Assembly (NCBI GenBank): GCA_963707635.1
Contig: OY970173.1
Location: forward strand, 1,387,663 to 1,451,662
Length of the DNA: 64,000 bases
DNA from: Candidatus Latescibacterota bacterium
GTDB lineage: Bacteria > Krumholzibacteriota > Krumholzibacteriia > WVZY01 > JAKEHA01
Direction: 5' to 3'
In this document: positions 35,397 to 43,719 of the stretch, piece after piece
Numbering within the stretch: the first letter of the stretch is position 1
Layout of the letters: every line of letters starts with the position of its first letter
The notes under the pieces: model-generated
Told to the model about the DNA's origin: nothing
The model's database searches: none
Seen by the model: the letters and a program-made list of their open reading frames with translations, nothing else
Made by a program: the position numbers and the translations under genes

Positions 35397-36083
35397 ATGA
35401 ATCGCAGCAAGATGGTGTTTGGAACCGTGGCCGCGTTTGGCCTGGCCGTCGTGTTGGCGGGTGTCGGCGATTCGAGTTTCGCCGTGGCCTGCGACTCCTC
35501 CGCCAAGACCGCAGGCGCCACGGCGTCGTGTTGTAAGGACAAGAGCGCGAACGCCGCGGCGGTCGACAGCAAGAAACTGAAACACATGCGCGTGGCGACG
35601 GCGTCCACGGCGGGCACGTGCACCCGGGACGCCTCGATGTCGGCGTCGGCCAACGGCTGCACGAGGTCCACGGCGACCACCGCTTCCATGAAATCGGATT
35701 GCGAATCCGCCCACGCCACCGCGATGGCGGCCGGCGCCGGATCGTGCTGTGAGTCGAAGTCGGCCAAGACGGCAGCGATGGAAGGCTGCGATCAGGCCAA
35801 GACCGCGTCGGTCAAGCACGCGGTCGATACGCTGCCGTACGCCGAGAACCGTCGCGTGGTGATGTCCGGGACGTACGAGTGTGGCCACTGCGCGCTCCAG
35901 CTTACCGACGAGTGCTCGCCGATGCTGAAGACCGCCGACGGCAAGATCTATCCGCTGATGGACAACGCCCGCGTGGAGGCGATGCGCGAGGCGAAGTGCG
36001 CGAACGGCGTCGAAGTGAGCGGGCTGGTCCGGAAGATCGACGGCGTCAAGGTCATCGAAGTGAAGAGCTATCGGGCCCTGTAG
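35397..36083 (+). CDS. Secreted Cys-rich low-complexity protein (hypothetical)
   Basis: AGGAGG RBS. Signal peptide MNRSKMVFGTVAAFGLAVVLAGVGDSSFAVA. The mature part is Ala/Ser/Thr/Lys-rich with 14 Cys, including repeated …ASCCKDKSANAAA… / …GSCCESKSAKTAA… and a C-terminal YECGHCAL…C… segment. The ORF-track start at 35322 is an upstream extension. Confidence 0.5.
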   Translation: MNRSKMVFGTVAAFGLAVVLAGVGDSSFAVACDSSAKTAGATASCCKDKSANAAAVDSKKLKHMRVATASTAGTCTRDASMSASANGCTRSTATTASMKSDCESAHATAMAAGAGSCCESKSAKTAAMEGCDQAKTASVKHAVDTLPYAENRRVVMSGTYECGHCALQLTDECSPMLKTADGKIYPLMDNARVEAMREAKCANGVEVSGLVRKIDGVKVIEVKSYRAL

Positions 36084-36112
36084 TCGGGTTCGGTTCGGAA
36101 CACTCCGTAATG

Positions 36113-36154
36113 CACGAAGGCCTCCCCCTCGGGGGAGGCCTTCGTGTTAAATAA
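36113..36154. terminator. Bidirectional rho-independent terminator between convergent genes
   Basis: Perfect 15-bp stem cacgaaggcctcccc-ctc-ggggaggccttcgtg followed by ttaaataa. Located between the + gene ending at 36083 and the - gene ending at 36175. Confidence 0.7.
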
Positions 36155-36174
36155 CGGCGCCGCGTCGACCCCGG

Positions 36175-37704
36175 TCAGCGGCCCTTCCCGCGCGACGCGG
36201 GTCTCGACATGCCCCGCGACGCGGGTGCGGAGTGTGAGCGCGGCATGGAGCTCGAATGCGGCTGGATCGCCTTCGAGCGGCCCGCGCCCGGGTTCGCGCC
36301 GCGCGAGCGCATGGCGGCTGAATTGGACCGGCGGTCGTTCGGGCGCATCCGCGGCCCGTTGGAGGTCGCCTTCGATCCGGAGTGAACCGCTCCCGGGCGG
36401 GACATCTGCGTGCGGGCCACGTCCCGCGCCGTATACGACGGGCGGCTCTTCATCGCGCGCGTGTAGCCCGCGCGGGTTCCCACCGCCGCGCGACCACCGG
36501 TGACGCGCGTGCGCGACGAGTGGACCGCCGCGGACGACTTCACAGACGGGCGCACGTTGGCCGATGCGATGCGCATGGTCCCGTCCTTCTGCGCGGCGAA
36601 CGTCCGGTTCCGGGCCAGGGTCGAGCCCGACGCGGCCGACCCGGACTTGTAGGCGCTCTTGTACTTCGCCGGGCTTTGAGCCGGGTAGGTCGGATAGTAA
36701 CCCCCGTAGTAGCCGTCGTAGTAGCCGCCACACCCCGGAGCGTACCAGCCCGAGCAGTAATAGCCGCCCCAGCAACCCCAGCCCCACCCCCAACCCCATC
36801 CGAATCCGATCGACACCGAGAAACCGGGGTAGTATGGATACCAACCCGGGTAGTACCAGTAGTACGGGTCGTACCACCAGGAGTCGGTGTAAATCCCCAT
36901 CACGTTCGGATCCACATAGCGAACCTCTGAACCGTACGGATAGAAATTGACGACGACGTCGCCGTCGTCCGAGGGGACGACCACGGGCGAGAGGGCGCCG
37001 GTCTCCTCGGTCGCGGCCGACGCGACATCGGTCAGTTCGTAGCCGCGCCGCAACGGGTAGGAGAGCGCAGTGCGCCGGTCGAAGTTCTGCGTGACGCGGT
37101 ACTGCGCGCACGCGGTCTCCGAGTCGTCGCACGGGCCGCAGAGATAGCAGGGGTGGTCGACGCGTTCGGAAACGTAGAAGTAGGTATAGCCGAACGACGC
37201 GCCGCTGCGAGACACATCATGGACGAGATCGCCGGCGACGGTATTGGCGGCGAGGAACGGGTCGCCCTCGACGCGGTACGGCTCGCCCCCCTCCAGATCG
37301 GACCCCGCCAGCGTCGACAGCGCGGTTCGGTCGATGGCCGACGGATCGTCGACGGCGAGGGCAAAAACGAACTCGACGCCGCGCTCGCCCCCGACGACCA
37401 GGTCGCTCCCTTCCTCGGGGAGGCGATACGGCTCGCGCGCCGACAGGACGCCGGGTTCCCCGCTCGGATACAGGAGCCGAACCTGTCCCCGCGTGTCGAT
37501 ATCGAACACGATGATGCACGCGTCGCTGCTCGCCTGGATCTCGAACGACATGGGCTCTCCGGGAGAGACGACGCTGCCCATGGCCGCGTCCGCGCGCACG
37601 GCCACCGAGCGAGCGGTGGTCGCGGGGTTTGTCACCAGCGCGGCGGCGATCGAGGCGTGCAAGACCGGGACGGCGAGGGTTGCGAAGGCGAGACGTGCGT
37701 TCAT
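36175..37704 (-). CDS. Secreted protein with DUF4384-like N-terminal domain, Trp/Tyr/Gly-rich repeat core and Ser/Arg-rich C-terminal tail (hypothetical)
   Basis: Signal peptide MNARLAFATLAVPVLHASIAAALV. …PMSFEIQASSDACIIVFDIDTRGQVRLLYP… resembles DUF4384 (recalled from memory). The central segment YYWYYPGWYPYYPGFSVSIGFGWGWGWGWGCWGGYYCSGWY… is encoded by the ccccagcccca… repeat at ~36700-36900. The last ~150 aa are Ser/Arg/Ala/Gly-rich and likely disordered. Confidence 0.6.
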   Translation of the reverse strand: MNARLAFATLAVPVLHASIAAALVTNPATTARSVAVRADAAMGSVVSPGEPMSFEIQASSDACIIVFDIDTRGQVRLLYPSGEPGVLSAREPYRLPEEGSDLVVGGERGVEFVFALAVDDPSAIDRTALSTLAGSDLEGGEPYRVEGDPFLAANTVAGDLVHDVSRSGASFGYTYFYVSERVDHPCYLCGPCDDSETACAQYRVTQNFDRRTALSYPLRRGYELTDVASAATEETGALSPVVVPSDDGDVVVNFYPYGSEVRYVDPNVMGIYTDSWWYDPYYWYYPGWYPYYPGFSVSIGFGWGWGWGWGCWGGYYCSGWYAPGCGGYYDGYYGGYYPTYPAQSPAKYKSAYKSGSAASGSTLARNRTFAAQKDGTMRIASANVRPSVKSSAAVHSSRTRVTGGRAAVGTRAGYTRAMKSRPSYTARDVARTQMSRPGAVHSGSKATSNGPRMRPNDRRSNSAAMRSRGANPGAGRSKAIQPHSSSMPRSHSAPASRGMSRPASRGKGR

Positions 37705-37947
37705 GACTTCCTCCCGCGGTGATGGGGGCTTTCACCAGGGAACGATCGGGCACTCCAGGGGCGGGTAAGTTACTACATTCAATATACTCTCGAAACGCGG
37801 GCGCGACAAGCGTCTGGAACCCCGGGCCCCACGGCGGGTATGCACAAATCGGGCCGCGCGGGGCCCGACTTTTTCTAGGCAAGCCATGGAGCATGTGCTA
37901 GGTGTTGGCGGAATTCCGACCACCCGGCATACGGGTCAACAGAAGGG

Positions 37948-38730
37948 ATGCATATGGAACTCTTTGCGGCCCTGCCCGCGGCGATCGGACGCTCGCTGCC
38001 CCAGATTCTCGCCGATTCGGGCCGATTCGGCCTGACGATTCTCATGATCACGTTCGTCCTCTCCGTGATGACGTGGGCGGTGGTCTGGGACCGCGCGCGG
38101 CTGTATCGGAAACTGCGCTCGCGCGGCGAGGCGCTGCGCCGCGCCATGGGGTCGCGAGGGGCAGGGGCGTGCCTCGGCGACGCCGAAAAATACCTGCCTT
38201 CGATCGAGGCGTCCATCCTGCTGGAGACCCAGCGTTTCGTCGCCGCGCGCGGCGGGGGCCCCGTGCTCGAATTCGACGACCCGGCCGCGGCGGAAGCGGA
38301 GCGGACCCATCTGAAGGGACTGCTCGAGGGACGCGCCACCGCCGAGATCGGCGAAATGGAGCGCCACCTGATTCTGCTGTCGACCACGTCGAGCGGCGCA
38401 CCCTTCCTCGGTCTGCTCGGCACCGTGTGGGGCATCATGCACAGCTTCATGAGCATGGGGGTGGAAGGCGCGGCCAGCCTCGAGGTGGTCGGCCCGGGCA
38501 TCGCCGAAGCGCTGGTGACGACGATCGCCGGCCTCGCGGCCGCGATCCCGGCGCTGGTGGCGTACAACGCATTTGTGCGCGTCGTTCATCGCAAGGAAAC
38601 GCAGATCGATCTCTTCATCTCCCGGGTGCTGGACTCGATCGTGGTCTTGCGCAGCGGCGCCCAGCGTTCGCTCAATTCGCCGCGCCCGGCGCGCTCCGGC
38701 GCCGCCCCCTGGCAGACGACGACGCCATGA
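37948..38730 (+). CDS. tolQ: Tol-Pal system protein TolQ (MotA/TolQ/ExbB proton channel)
   Basis: …APFLGLLGTVWGIMHSFMSMG… and …GIAEALVTTIAGLAAAIPALVAYN… are present. Three TM segments. First gene of the tol-pal cluster. Confidence 0.85.
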   Translation: MHMELFAALPAAIGRSLPQILADSGRFGLTILMITFVLSVMTWAVVWDRARLYRKLRSRGEALRRAMGSRGAGACLGDAEKYLPSIEASILLETQRFVAARGGGPVLEFDDPAAAEAERTHLKGLLEGRATAEIGEMERHLILLSTTSSGAPFLGLLGTVWGIMHSFMSMGVEGAASLEVVGPGIAEALVTTIAGLAAAIPALVAYNAFVRVVHRKETQIDLFISRVLDSIVVLRSGAQRSLNSPRPARSGAAPWQTTTP

Positions 38731-39131
38731 GACGCAAGAGCCCGTATTCCTCGGTCTCCGACATTAATGTCACGTCGCTGGTCGACATCATGATGGTGTT
38801 GCTCATCATCTTCATGCTGACCGCGCCGTTTCTGCAGGCGGGCATCCAGGTGAAGCTGCCCCGCGCGAAGTCCACCGTCATCAAGGAGACCGACGCGGTG
38901 GTGGTATCGGTGACGAAGGACCGCAAGGTGTACGTGAACAGCGATCGCGTCGAGGAGAAGAAGCTGGGCCAGGTGCTGGCGGCGCTCAAGGCGGCGGGCG
39001 AGGAGCGCGTCTTCGTCCGGGCCGACCAGGATGTGTCGTACGGGGCGGTCATGTCCGTGATCGGTGAGGTCAAGGCGGCCGGGATCAACGATGTGGGCAT
39101 GATCACGGAAGTGAAGCGGCAAAAACGCTGA
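38727..39131 (+). CDS. tolR: Tol-Pal system protein TolR (ExbD/TolR family)
   Basis: ATG overlaps the tolQ stop (ATGA). …DINVTSLVDIMMVLLIIFMLTAPF… followed by a periplasmic domain. 134 aa. The ORF-track start at 37902 is a long upstream extension. Confidence 0.85.
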   Translation: MRRKSPYSSVSDINVTSLVDIMMVLLIIFMLTAPFLQAGIQVKLPRAKSTVIKETDAVVVSVTKDRKVYVNSDRVEEKKLGQVLAALKAAGEERVFVRADQDVSYGAVMSVIGEVKAAGINDVGMITEVKRQKR

Positions 39132-39143
39132 TCCTTCGATGCC

Positions 39144-39821
39144 ATGCGCAAGTCGGTCGTCATCTCGCTGGTCTTCCACCTCTCGCTCACCTTCTTGATC
39201 TTTCAGTGGGTGTCGTTTCGCGAGGTGAAGTACGTCCCGCGCCAGGTCTACAACGTGACTCTCGTGAGCGCGGCGGCGGCTGACTCCAGGCCCACGGTGG
39301 CGCCGGCGCCGGAACCGGAGCGGGCGTCCCCGCCGGTCAAAGAGGAAAAGAAGGAAGACGAGATGGTGGTGCCTCCCGAGAAGCCGAAGGCGCCCCCCAA
39401 GAAAGCGGACCAGGAAAAGACCGTCCCGACGACGCGGATTCAGAAGTCGGACTCGCTTTCCGGCGCCGCGTCCGACAGCGCGGGCCAGGCCCCGGCGGCG
39501 GTGGCGGGCGGGATGTCGTTCGACAGCGGCAATTTCCCGTTCACGTACTACGTCAATCGGATGCGCCAGAAGATCGCGGCGAGCTGGCAGGTCCCTGCGG
39601 GGAGCGAGGGCTCGGAACGCTCGTCGGTGGTCTACTTTCGGGTGCACCACGACGGCAGCGTGAGTCACGTGAAGGTGGAGAAATCGTCGGAACTGTTCCT
39701 CTTCGACCAGTCGTGCCAGCGCGCGGTGCTCGAGGCGGCCCCGATGCCGCCGCTCCCGCGCGAGTTCGACGACGAGTACCTGGGCGTGCATTTCAGTTTC
39801 GTGTACCTGCCGATGCAGTAA
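39144..39821 (+). CDS. tolA: TolA-like protein with TonB-type C-terminal domain
   Basis: N-terminal TM (VVISLVFHLSLTFLIF), Pro/Lys/Glu-rich linker (…PVKEEKKEDEMVVPPEKPKAPPKKADQEK…), and a TonB_C-like domain (…YVNRMRQKIAASWQVPAG…VVYFRVHHDGSVSHVKVEKSS…). Its position between tolR and tolB supports a TolA role. Confidence 0.7.
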   Translation: MRKSVVISLVFHLSLTFLIFQWVSFREVKYVPRQVYNVTLVSAAAADSRPTVAPAPEPERASPPVKEEKKEDEMVVPPEKPKAPPKKADQEKTVPTTRIQKSDSLSGAASDSAGQAPAAVAGGMSFDSGNFPFTYYVNRMRQKIAASWQVPAGSEGSERSSVVYFRVHHDGSVSHVKVEKSSELFLFDQSCQRAVLEAAPMPPLPREFDDEYLGVHFSFVYLPMQ

Positions 39822-39843
39822 CGGCGGGTTCCCGCACTTCAGC

Positions 39844-41091
39844 ATGAAAGGGTCTTGGATGACAAAGCGGTTGGTGGCGGTACTGATGGCGATGAGCCTG
39901 CCCGGGGGAGTCGCCGCGCAGACGGACGTATGGCCGGATCCGGTCGTGCAGGAGAAGGCGTTCGTGATCCCGTTGTGGCTTCCGCAATTCGCGGGCGAAG
40001 GCAACCTCACGCCGCGCGCGCAACGCCTCGAGCAGATCGTCCTCAACGACCTCGGCTTCACGGGGCTGTTCAATATCCAGCGCGACGAGCCCGTCGCCAC
40101 CGGGATGAAGGGCACCAACGCGGTGTGCGTTCGCGGCCGTGTGTTTCTCGAGGGCCCCGACGTGACGTTTGAAGGCACCGTGACCGACATCGCCTCCGGC
40201 GATTTCATGGGCGGCAAGAAATACAAGGTGCCGGACAAGGAACTGCGGCGTGTGGCCCACCATTTTGCCGACGAAGTGGTGCGCATCGTGACCGGCGAGA
40301 AGGGGATGGCGTCGACGCAGATCGTGTACACGCGCAAAGTCGGCGACAAGTGGGAGCTCGTCGTTTCCGATTATGACGGCTACGACCCGCGGGTGCTGGT
40401 GCGCCAGGCGGTCCCGCTGCTGGGGCCCCGCTGGATCGATGCCAACCAGGCGGTCGTGTACACGAGCTTTCGCGACGGCAAGGCGGACCTGTTCGTGCGC
40501 TACCTGGGAGAAGACAAGTCGCGCGGTCTCGCGAACTACAGCGGCAGCAACACCGCCCCCGACTGGTCCGCGCGCGAGGGGCTGCTGCTCGCGGCGCTGT
40601 CCAAGGACGGGGATACCGAGGTCTACGTGCTGGAGAAGAACGGCCACATCCGCCAGCGGCTCACCCACAATCGCGCCATCGACACCAGCCCGTGCTGGGC
40701 GCCCGGCGGGCGCGAGATCGTGTTCCTCTCCGATCGCTCCGGGTCGCCGCAGCTGTTCCTCATGGAGCGCGACGGTGGCAACGTGCGCCGGCTCACCTTC
40801 ACCGGCGGGTACAACGCCTCGCCCGCGTGGTCGCCGCGCGGGGACCTGATCGCGTTCTCGACCCGCATGGGCGCGGAATTCCAGATCGCGATCATCACGC
40901 CCGACGGGCAGGACGGGAGGCTTATCACCAAAGATGCCAACAGCTACGAGGACCCCCGCTGGGCCCCGGACGGCCGGCACCTGGTGTGCACGGCGCGCGG
41001 CCGGGACGAGACTGTTTCCGTTGTTGACATCGTTACGGGGGGTAAGAGAATATTGGCCCAAGGCTCGGATCCCGACTGGTCGATCCCGTAA
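39844..41091 (+). CDS. tolB: Tol-Pal system beta-propeller protein TolB
   Basis: Signal peptide, N-terminal TolB domain, then repeated …SP.WSPDG/RG… blades (…NTAPDWSAREGLLLAALSKDGDTEVYVL…, …SPAWSPRGDLIAFST…, …DPRWAPDGRHLV…). Confidence 0.9.
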   Translation: MKGSWMTKRLVAVLMAMSLPGGVAAQTDVWPDPVVQEKAFVIPLWLPQFAGEGNLTPRAQRLEQIVLNDLGFTGLFNIQRDEPVATGMKGTNAVCVRGRVFLEGPDVTFEGTVTDIASGDFMGGKKYKVPDKELRRVAHHFADEVVRIVTGEKGMASTQIVYTRKVGDKWELVVSDYDGYDPRVLVRQAVPLLGPRWIDANQAVVYTSFRDGKADLFVRYLGEDKSRGLANYSGSNTAPDWSAREGLLLAALSKDGDTEVYVLEKNGHIRQRLTHNRAIDTSPCWAPGGREIVFLSDRSGSPQLFLMERDGGNVRRLTFTGGYNASPAWSPRGDLIAFSTRMGAEFQIAIITPDGQDGRLITKDANSYEDPRWAPDGRHLVCTARGRDETVSVVDIVTGGKRILAQGSDPDWSIP

Positions 41092-41188
41092 CTTTATTGA
41101 TACTAGCGGGTTGCCCCTGCTCGCTGCGAAAAAGGCCCGAGCGCACACTCTTTTGTCACTTCACATGTGTCTCGATGGAGGTCCAGGC

Positions 41189-41698
41189 ATGATTCTCAAG
41201 CGATTGATGGTGCTGGCAATGCTGGCATCGCTGACGGTGGTCGTGGGTTGCGGCGGAAAGAAGGCGGTCGATGAACCGGCGCCGACGGATACATCGGCAA
41301 GACCCGTGGAGGAAGTCAAGGAGCAGCCGGTCGAACAGCCGGTCACGCCTTCGACCGACATGTCGCCGGTTTCTCTCAACGACGTTTTCTTCGACTTCGA
41401 CCAGTACAATCTCACCGGGGAAGCGAAGGGCACGCTCGACGCCAACGCGCGCGAATTGAAGCGCGTGATGGAGTCGAACATCACCATCGAGGGACATTGC
41501 GACGAGCGCGGCACCAAGGCGTACAACCTCGCACTCGGCGACAAGCGCGCGAACGCCGCCCGCGACTACCTGGTGGCGCTCGGCGTGGGAACGTCGCGCA
41601 TCACCACGGTTAGCTACGGCAAGGAACGTCCGTTCGACGCGGGTCACGACGAGTCCGCGTGGGCGAAGAACCGCCGGGCGCACATCACGACCCGCTAG
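41189..41698 (+). CDS. pal: Peptidoglycan-associated lipoprotein Pal (OmpA family)
   Basis: Lipobox LTVVVGC-GG. OmpA-like domain …VFFDFDQYNLTGEAKGTLDANARELKR…IEGHCDERGTKAYNLALGDKRANAARDYL… The ORF-track start at 40934 is an upstream extension. Confidence 0.9.
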   Translation: MILKRLMVLAMLASLTVVVGCGGKKAVDEPAPTDTSARPVEEVKEQPVEQPVTPSTDMSPVSLNDVFFDFDQYNLTGEAKGTLDANARELKRVMESNITIEGHCDERGTKAYNLALGDKRANAARDYLVALGVGTSRITTVSYGKERPFDAGHDESAWAKNRRAHITTR

Positions 41699-41717
41699 CG
41701 CCCTTTGGGAGTAACGC

Positions 41718-42461
41718 ATGCGTCGCACGTCGCTCAAGATTCTCGCAGCCGCGGTGGCGGCGGTGGCACTTTCGAATTGCTACGGCGCCAAGATGGTCAA
41801 AGGGCCGATCAACTCGGAGCACGCCGCCCTGACGGCGGACACCATCCGGGTCGAGCAGCGTCGCCTGATCGAGAAGATCGAGACGCTCGAGCAGAAGCTG
41901 GCGCAGGAAAGCGAAGAGCGCACGTCGTCGCAGGCCCAGATTTCGGTGACCCTGAGCGAGCTCGAGGAAGCCGTGCGCGTGCTCTCCAGCCGCATGGCAG
42001 ACAGCGAGCAGATGATGAACCGCGGCGGGCGCGGCCCGAGTGGGTCGCGCTCCGCTGGTGGTTCCGCGGCGCGGGACACCGTCGACGCGGCGGACGAGTT
42101 GTACCGCGCGGCATACCTGGACGTGACCCGCGGGAACTATGAGCTGGCCGCCCAGTCGTTCGGCGATTATCTCACCCGTTTCCCGCAGGGGGCGCGGGTC
42201 GCCGAGTCGCACTATTACCTGGGCGAATGCAACTACGCAACCGAGCGTTACCTCGAGGCGGCCGGGGAGTTTCAGCGGGTCGTGCGCGAATTTCCCGCGT
42301 CGCGGCTGGTCCCCGCTTCCTACCTGAAGATGGGACGCGCCTACGCACAGCTCGAGGAACGCGGCCTGGCCGAGAAAGCGTACCGGACCCTGATCGAAAA
42401 GCACCCCACGTCCGAGGAAGCCAAGCAGGCGCAGGCAGCGCTCCAGGAGCTCGGGGGCTGA
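41718..42461 (+). CDS. cpoB: Tol-Pal system protein CpoB/YbgF (coiled coil + TPR)
   Basis: Signal peptide, coiled-coil (…IEKIETLEQKLAQESEERTSSQAQISVTLSELEEAV…), and C-terminal TPR repeats (…YRAAYLDVTRGNYELAAQSFGDYLTRFPQG…YYLGECNYATERYLEAAGEFQRVVREFP…). Confidence 0.8.
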   Translation: MRRTSLKILAAAVAAVALSNCYGAKMVKGPINSEHAALTADTIRVEQRRLIEKIETLEQKLAQESEERTSSQAQISVTLSELEEAVRVLSSRMADSEQMMNRGGRGPSGSRSAGGSAARDTVDAADELYRAAYLDVTRGNYELAAQSFGDYLTRFPQGARVAESHYYLGECNYATERYLEAAGEFQRVVREFPASRLVPASYLKMGRAYAQLEERGLAEKAYRTLIEKHPTSEEAKQAQAALQELGG

Positions 42462-42477
42462 TCGCCGCCCCGGAGCC

Positions 42478-43719
42478 GTGAGCGATACCGTCGCGTATCT
42501 GGCGGGGCTCGCCGTCCTCCTCCTCCTGTCCGCCTTCTTTTCCGGTTCGGAGGCCGCGCTTTTCTCGCTGAGCCGGAGCCAGACGCGCGCGTTGCGCGAC
42601 GGGTCGGCCGGCGGCCGCCGCGCGGCCCGCCTCCTGTCCCAGCCGCGGCCGCTCCTGATCACGGTTCTGGTCGGCAACCTCACCGTCAACATCCTGGCCA
42701 CCAGCGTCGCCACCTCGCTCCTGCTCCGCGTGTTCGGAGAGAGCGGGGTGGGAGCCGCGTTTCTCCTCATGTCGGTGCTGATCATCGTGTTCACCGAGGT
42801 CTTGCCCAAAGCACTCGGGCTGCACTGGTCGAGCACGGTGGCGCCGGTGCTGGCGCTGCCGATGTCCGCCATCCACACCGTGCTCGCGCCCATCCGCATC
42901 CCGCTCTCCCGCATCTCCGACGGCATCATCGACGCGCTCCGGGGTCGCATCGGCGCCACGCGGCGTTCGTACACCTGGGACGAGCTCCTGACGGCGGTGC
43001 GAATCGGCCGCCGCGAGGGCGCGGTGGGTGCATTCGAGTACGAGATTCTCTCCCACGTGCTGGAGTTCCGCGAGAAGGTCGTCAAGGAGATCATGACACC
43101 GAGCATCCACGTGGTGTCGGCGTCGGTGGACACGCCGCGCGACGAACTGCTGGCCCTGTTCGCGTCCAGCGGGCATTCGCGCATCCCCATCTACGGCGAG
43201 TCGCCCGACGACGTGATCGGGATTCTGCACGTGAAGGATCTCATCGACCCGGAGGCAGCGCGGTCCGAGGAGGACCTGCGCGCCCGCGTGCGCGAAACGT
43301 TGCTCGTGCAGGAGAACGACCTCATCGCCGACCTCTACCGCGAGCTGCAACGTCGCAAGATCCACGTGGCCGTCGTGCTGGACGAATACGGTTCCTTCGC
43401 GGGCGTGGCGACCTTCGAAGACATTCTGGAGCAGATGATCGGCGAGATCCGCGACGTGCGCGACCCTCGCTTGCAGCCGTTTGCGAAGATCGACGAGCGC
43501 CGCATCGTCGTGCAGGGGACCATGGAGATCGACCAGTTCAACGAGGTTTTCGACGCCGCGCTGCGCGACGACGAGCACGAGACGGTGGCGGGTTACGTGC
43601 TCGGCCTGACCGGGCGCATTCCGCGCGAGGGCGAGACCATCGAGGCCGCCGGGCTCCGCTTTCATGTCATCTCGGCGCAGTCGAACCGGATACGCAAGTT
43701 GCGGGTGGAGAAGGTGTGA
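42478..43719 (+). CDS. HlyC/CorC family transporter (CNNM/DUF21 + CBS pair + CorC_HlyC)
   Basis: DUF21 TM domain (…LLLLSAFFSGSEAALFSL…), CBS pair region, and C-terminal transporter-associated domain (…ETVAGYVLGLTGRIPREGETIE…). Confidence 0.8.
   Translation: MSDTVAYLAGLAVLLLLSAFFSGSEAALFSLSRSQTRALRDGSAGGRRAARLLSQPRPLLITVLVGNLTVNILATSVATSLLLRVFGESGVGAAFLLMSVLIIVFTEVLPKALGLHWSSTVAPVLALPMSAIHTVLAPIRIPLSRISDGIIDALRGRIGATRRSYTWDELLTAVRIGRREGAVGAFEYEILSHVLEFREKVVKEIMTPSIHVVSASVDTPRDELLALFASSGHSRIPIYGESPDDVIGILHVKDLIDPEAARSEEDLRARVRETLLVQENDLIADLYRELQRRKIHVAVVLDEYGSFAGVATFEDILEQMIGEIRDVRDPRLQPFAKIDERRIVVQGTMEIDQFNEVFDAALRDDEHETVAGYVLGLTGRIPREGETIEAAGLRFHVISAQSNRIRKLRVEKV

Noticed and set aside
38586-40349. 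587-aa minus-strand ORF antisense to tolR-tolA-tolB
   Set aside because: Antisense to a canonical, well-ordered Tol-Pal cluster. No motifs.
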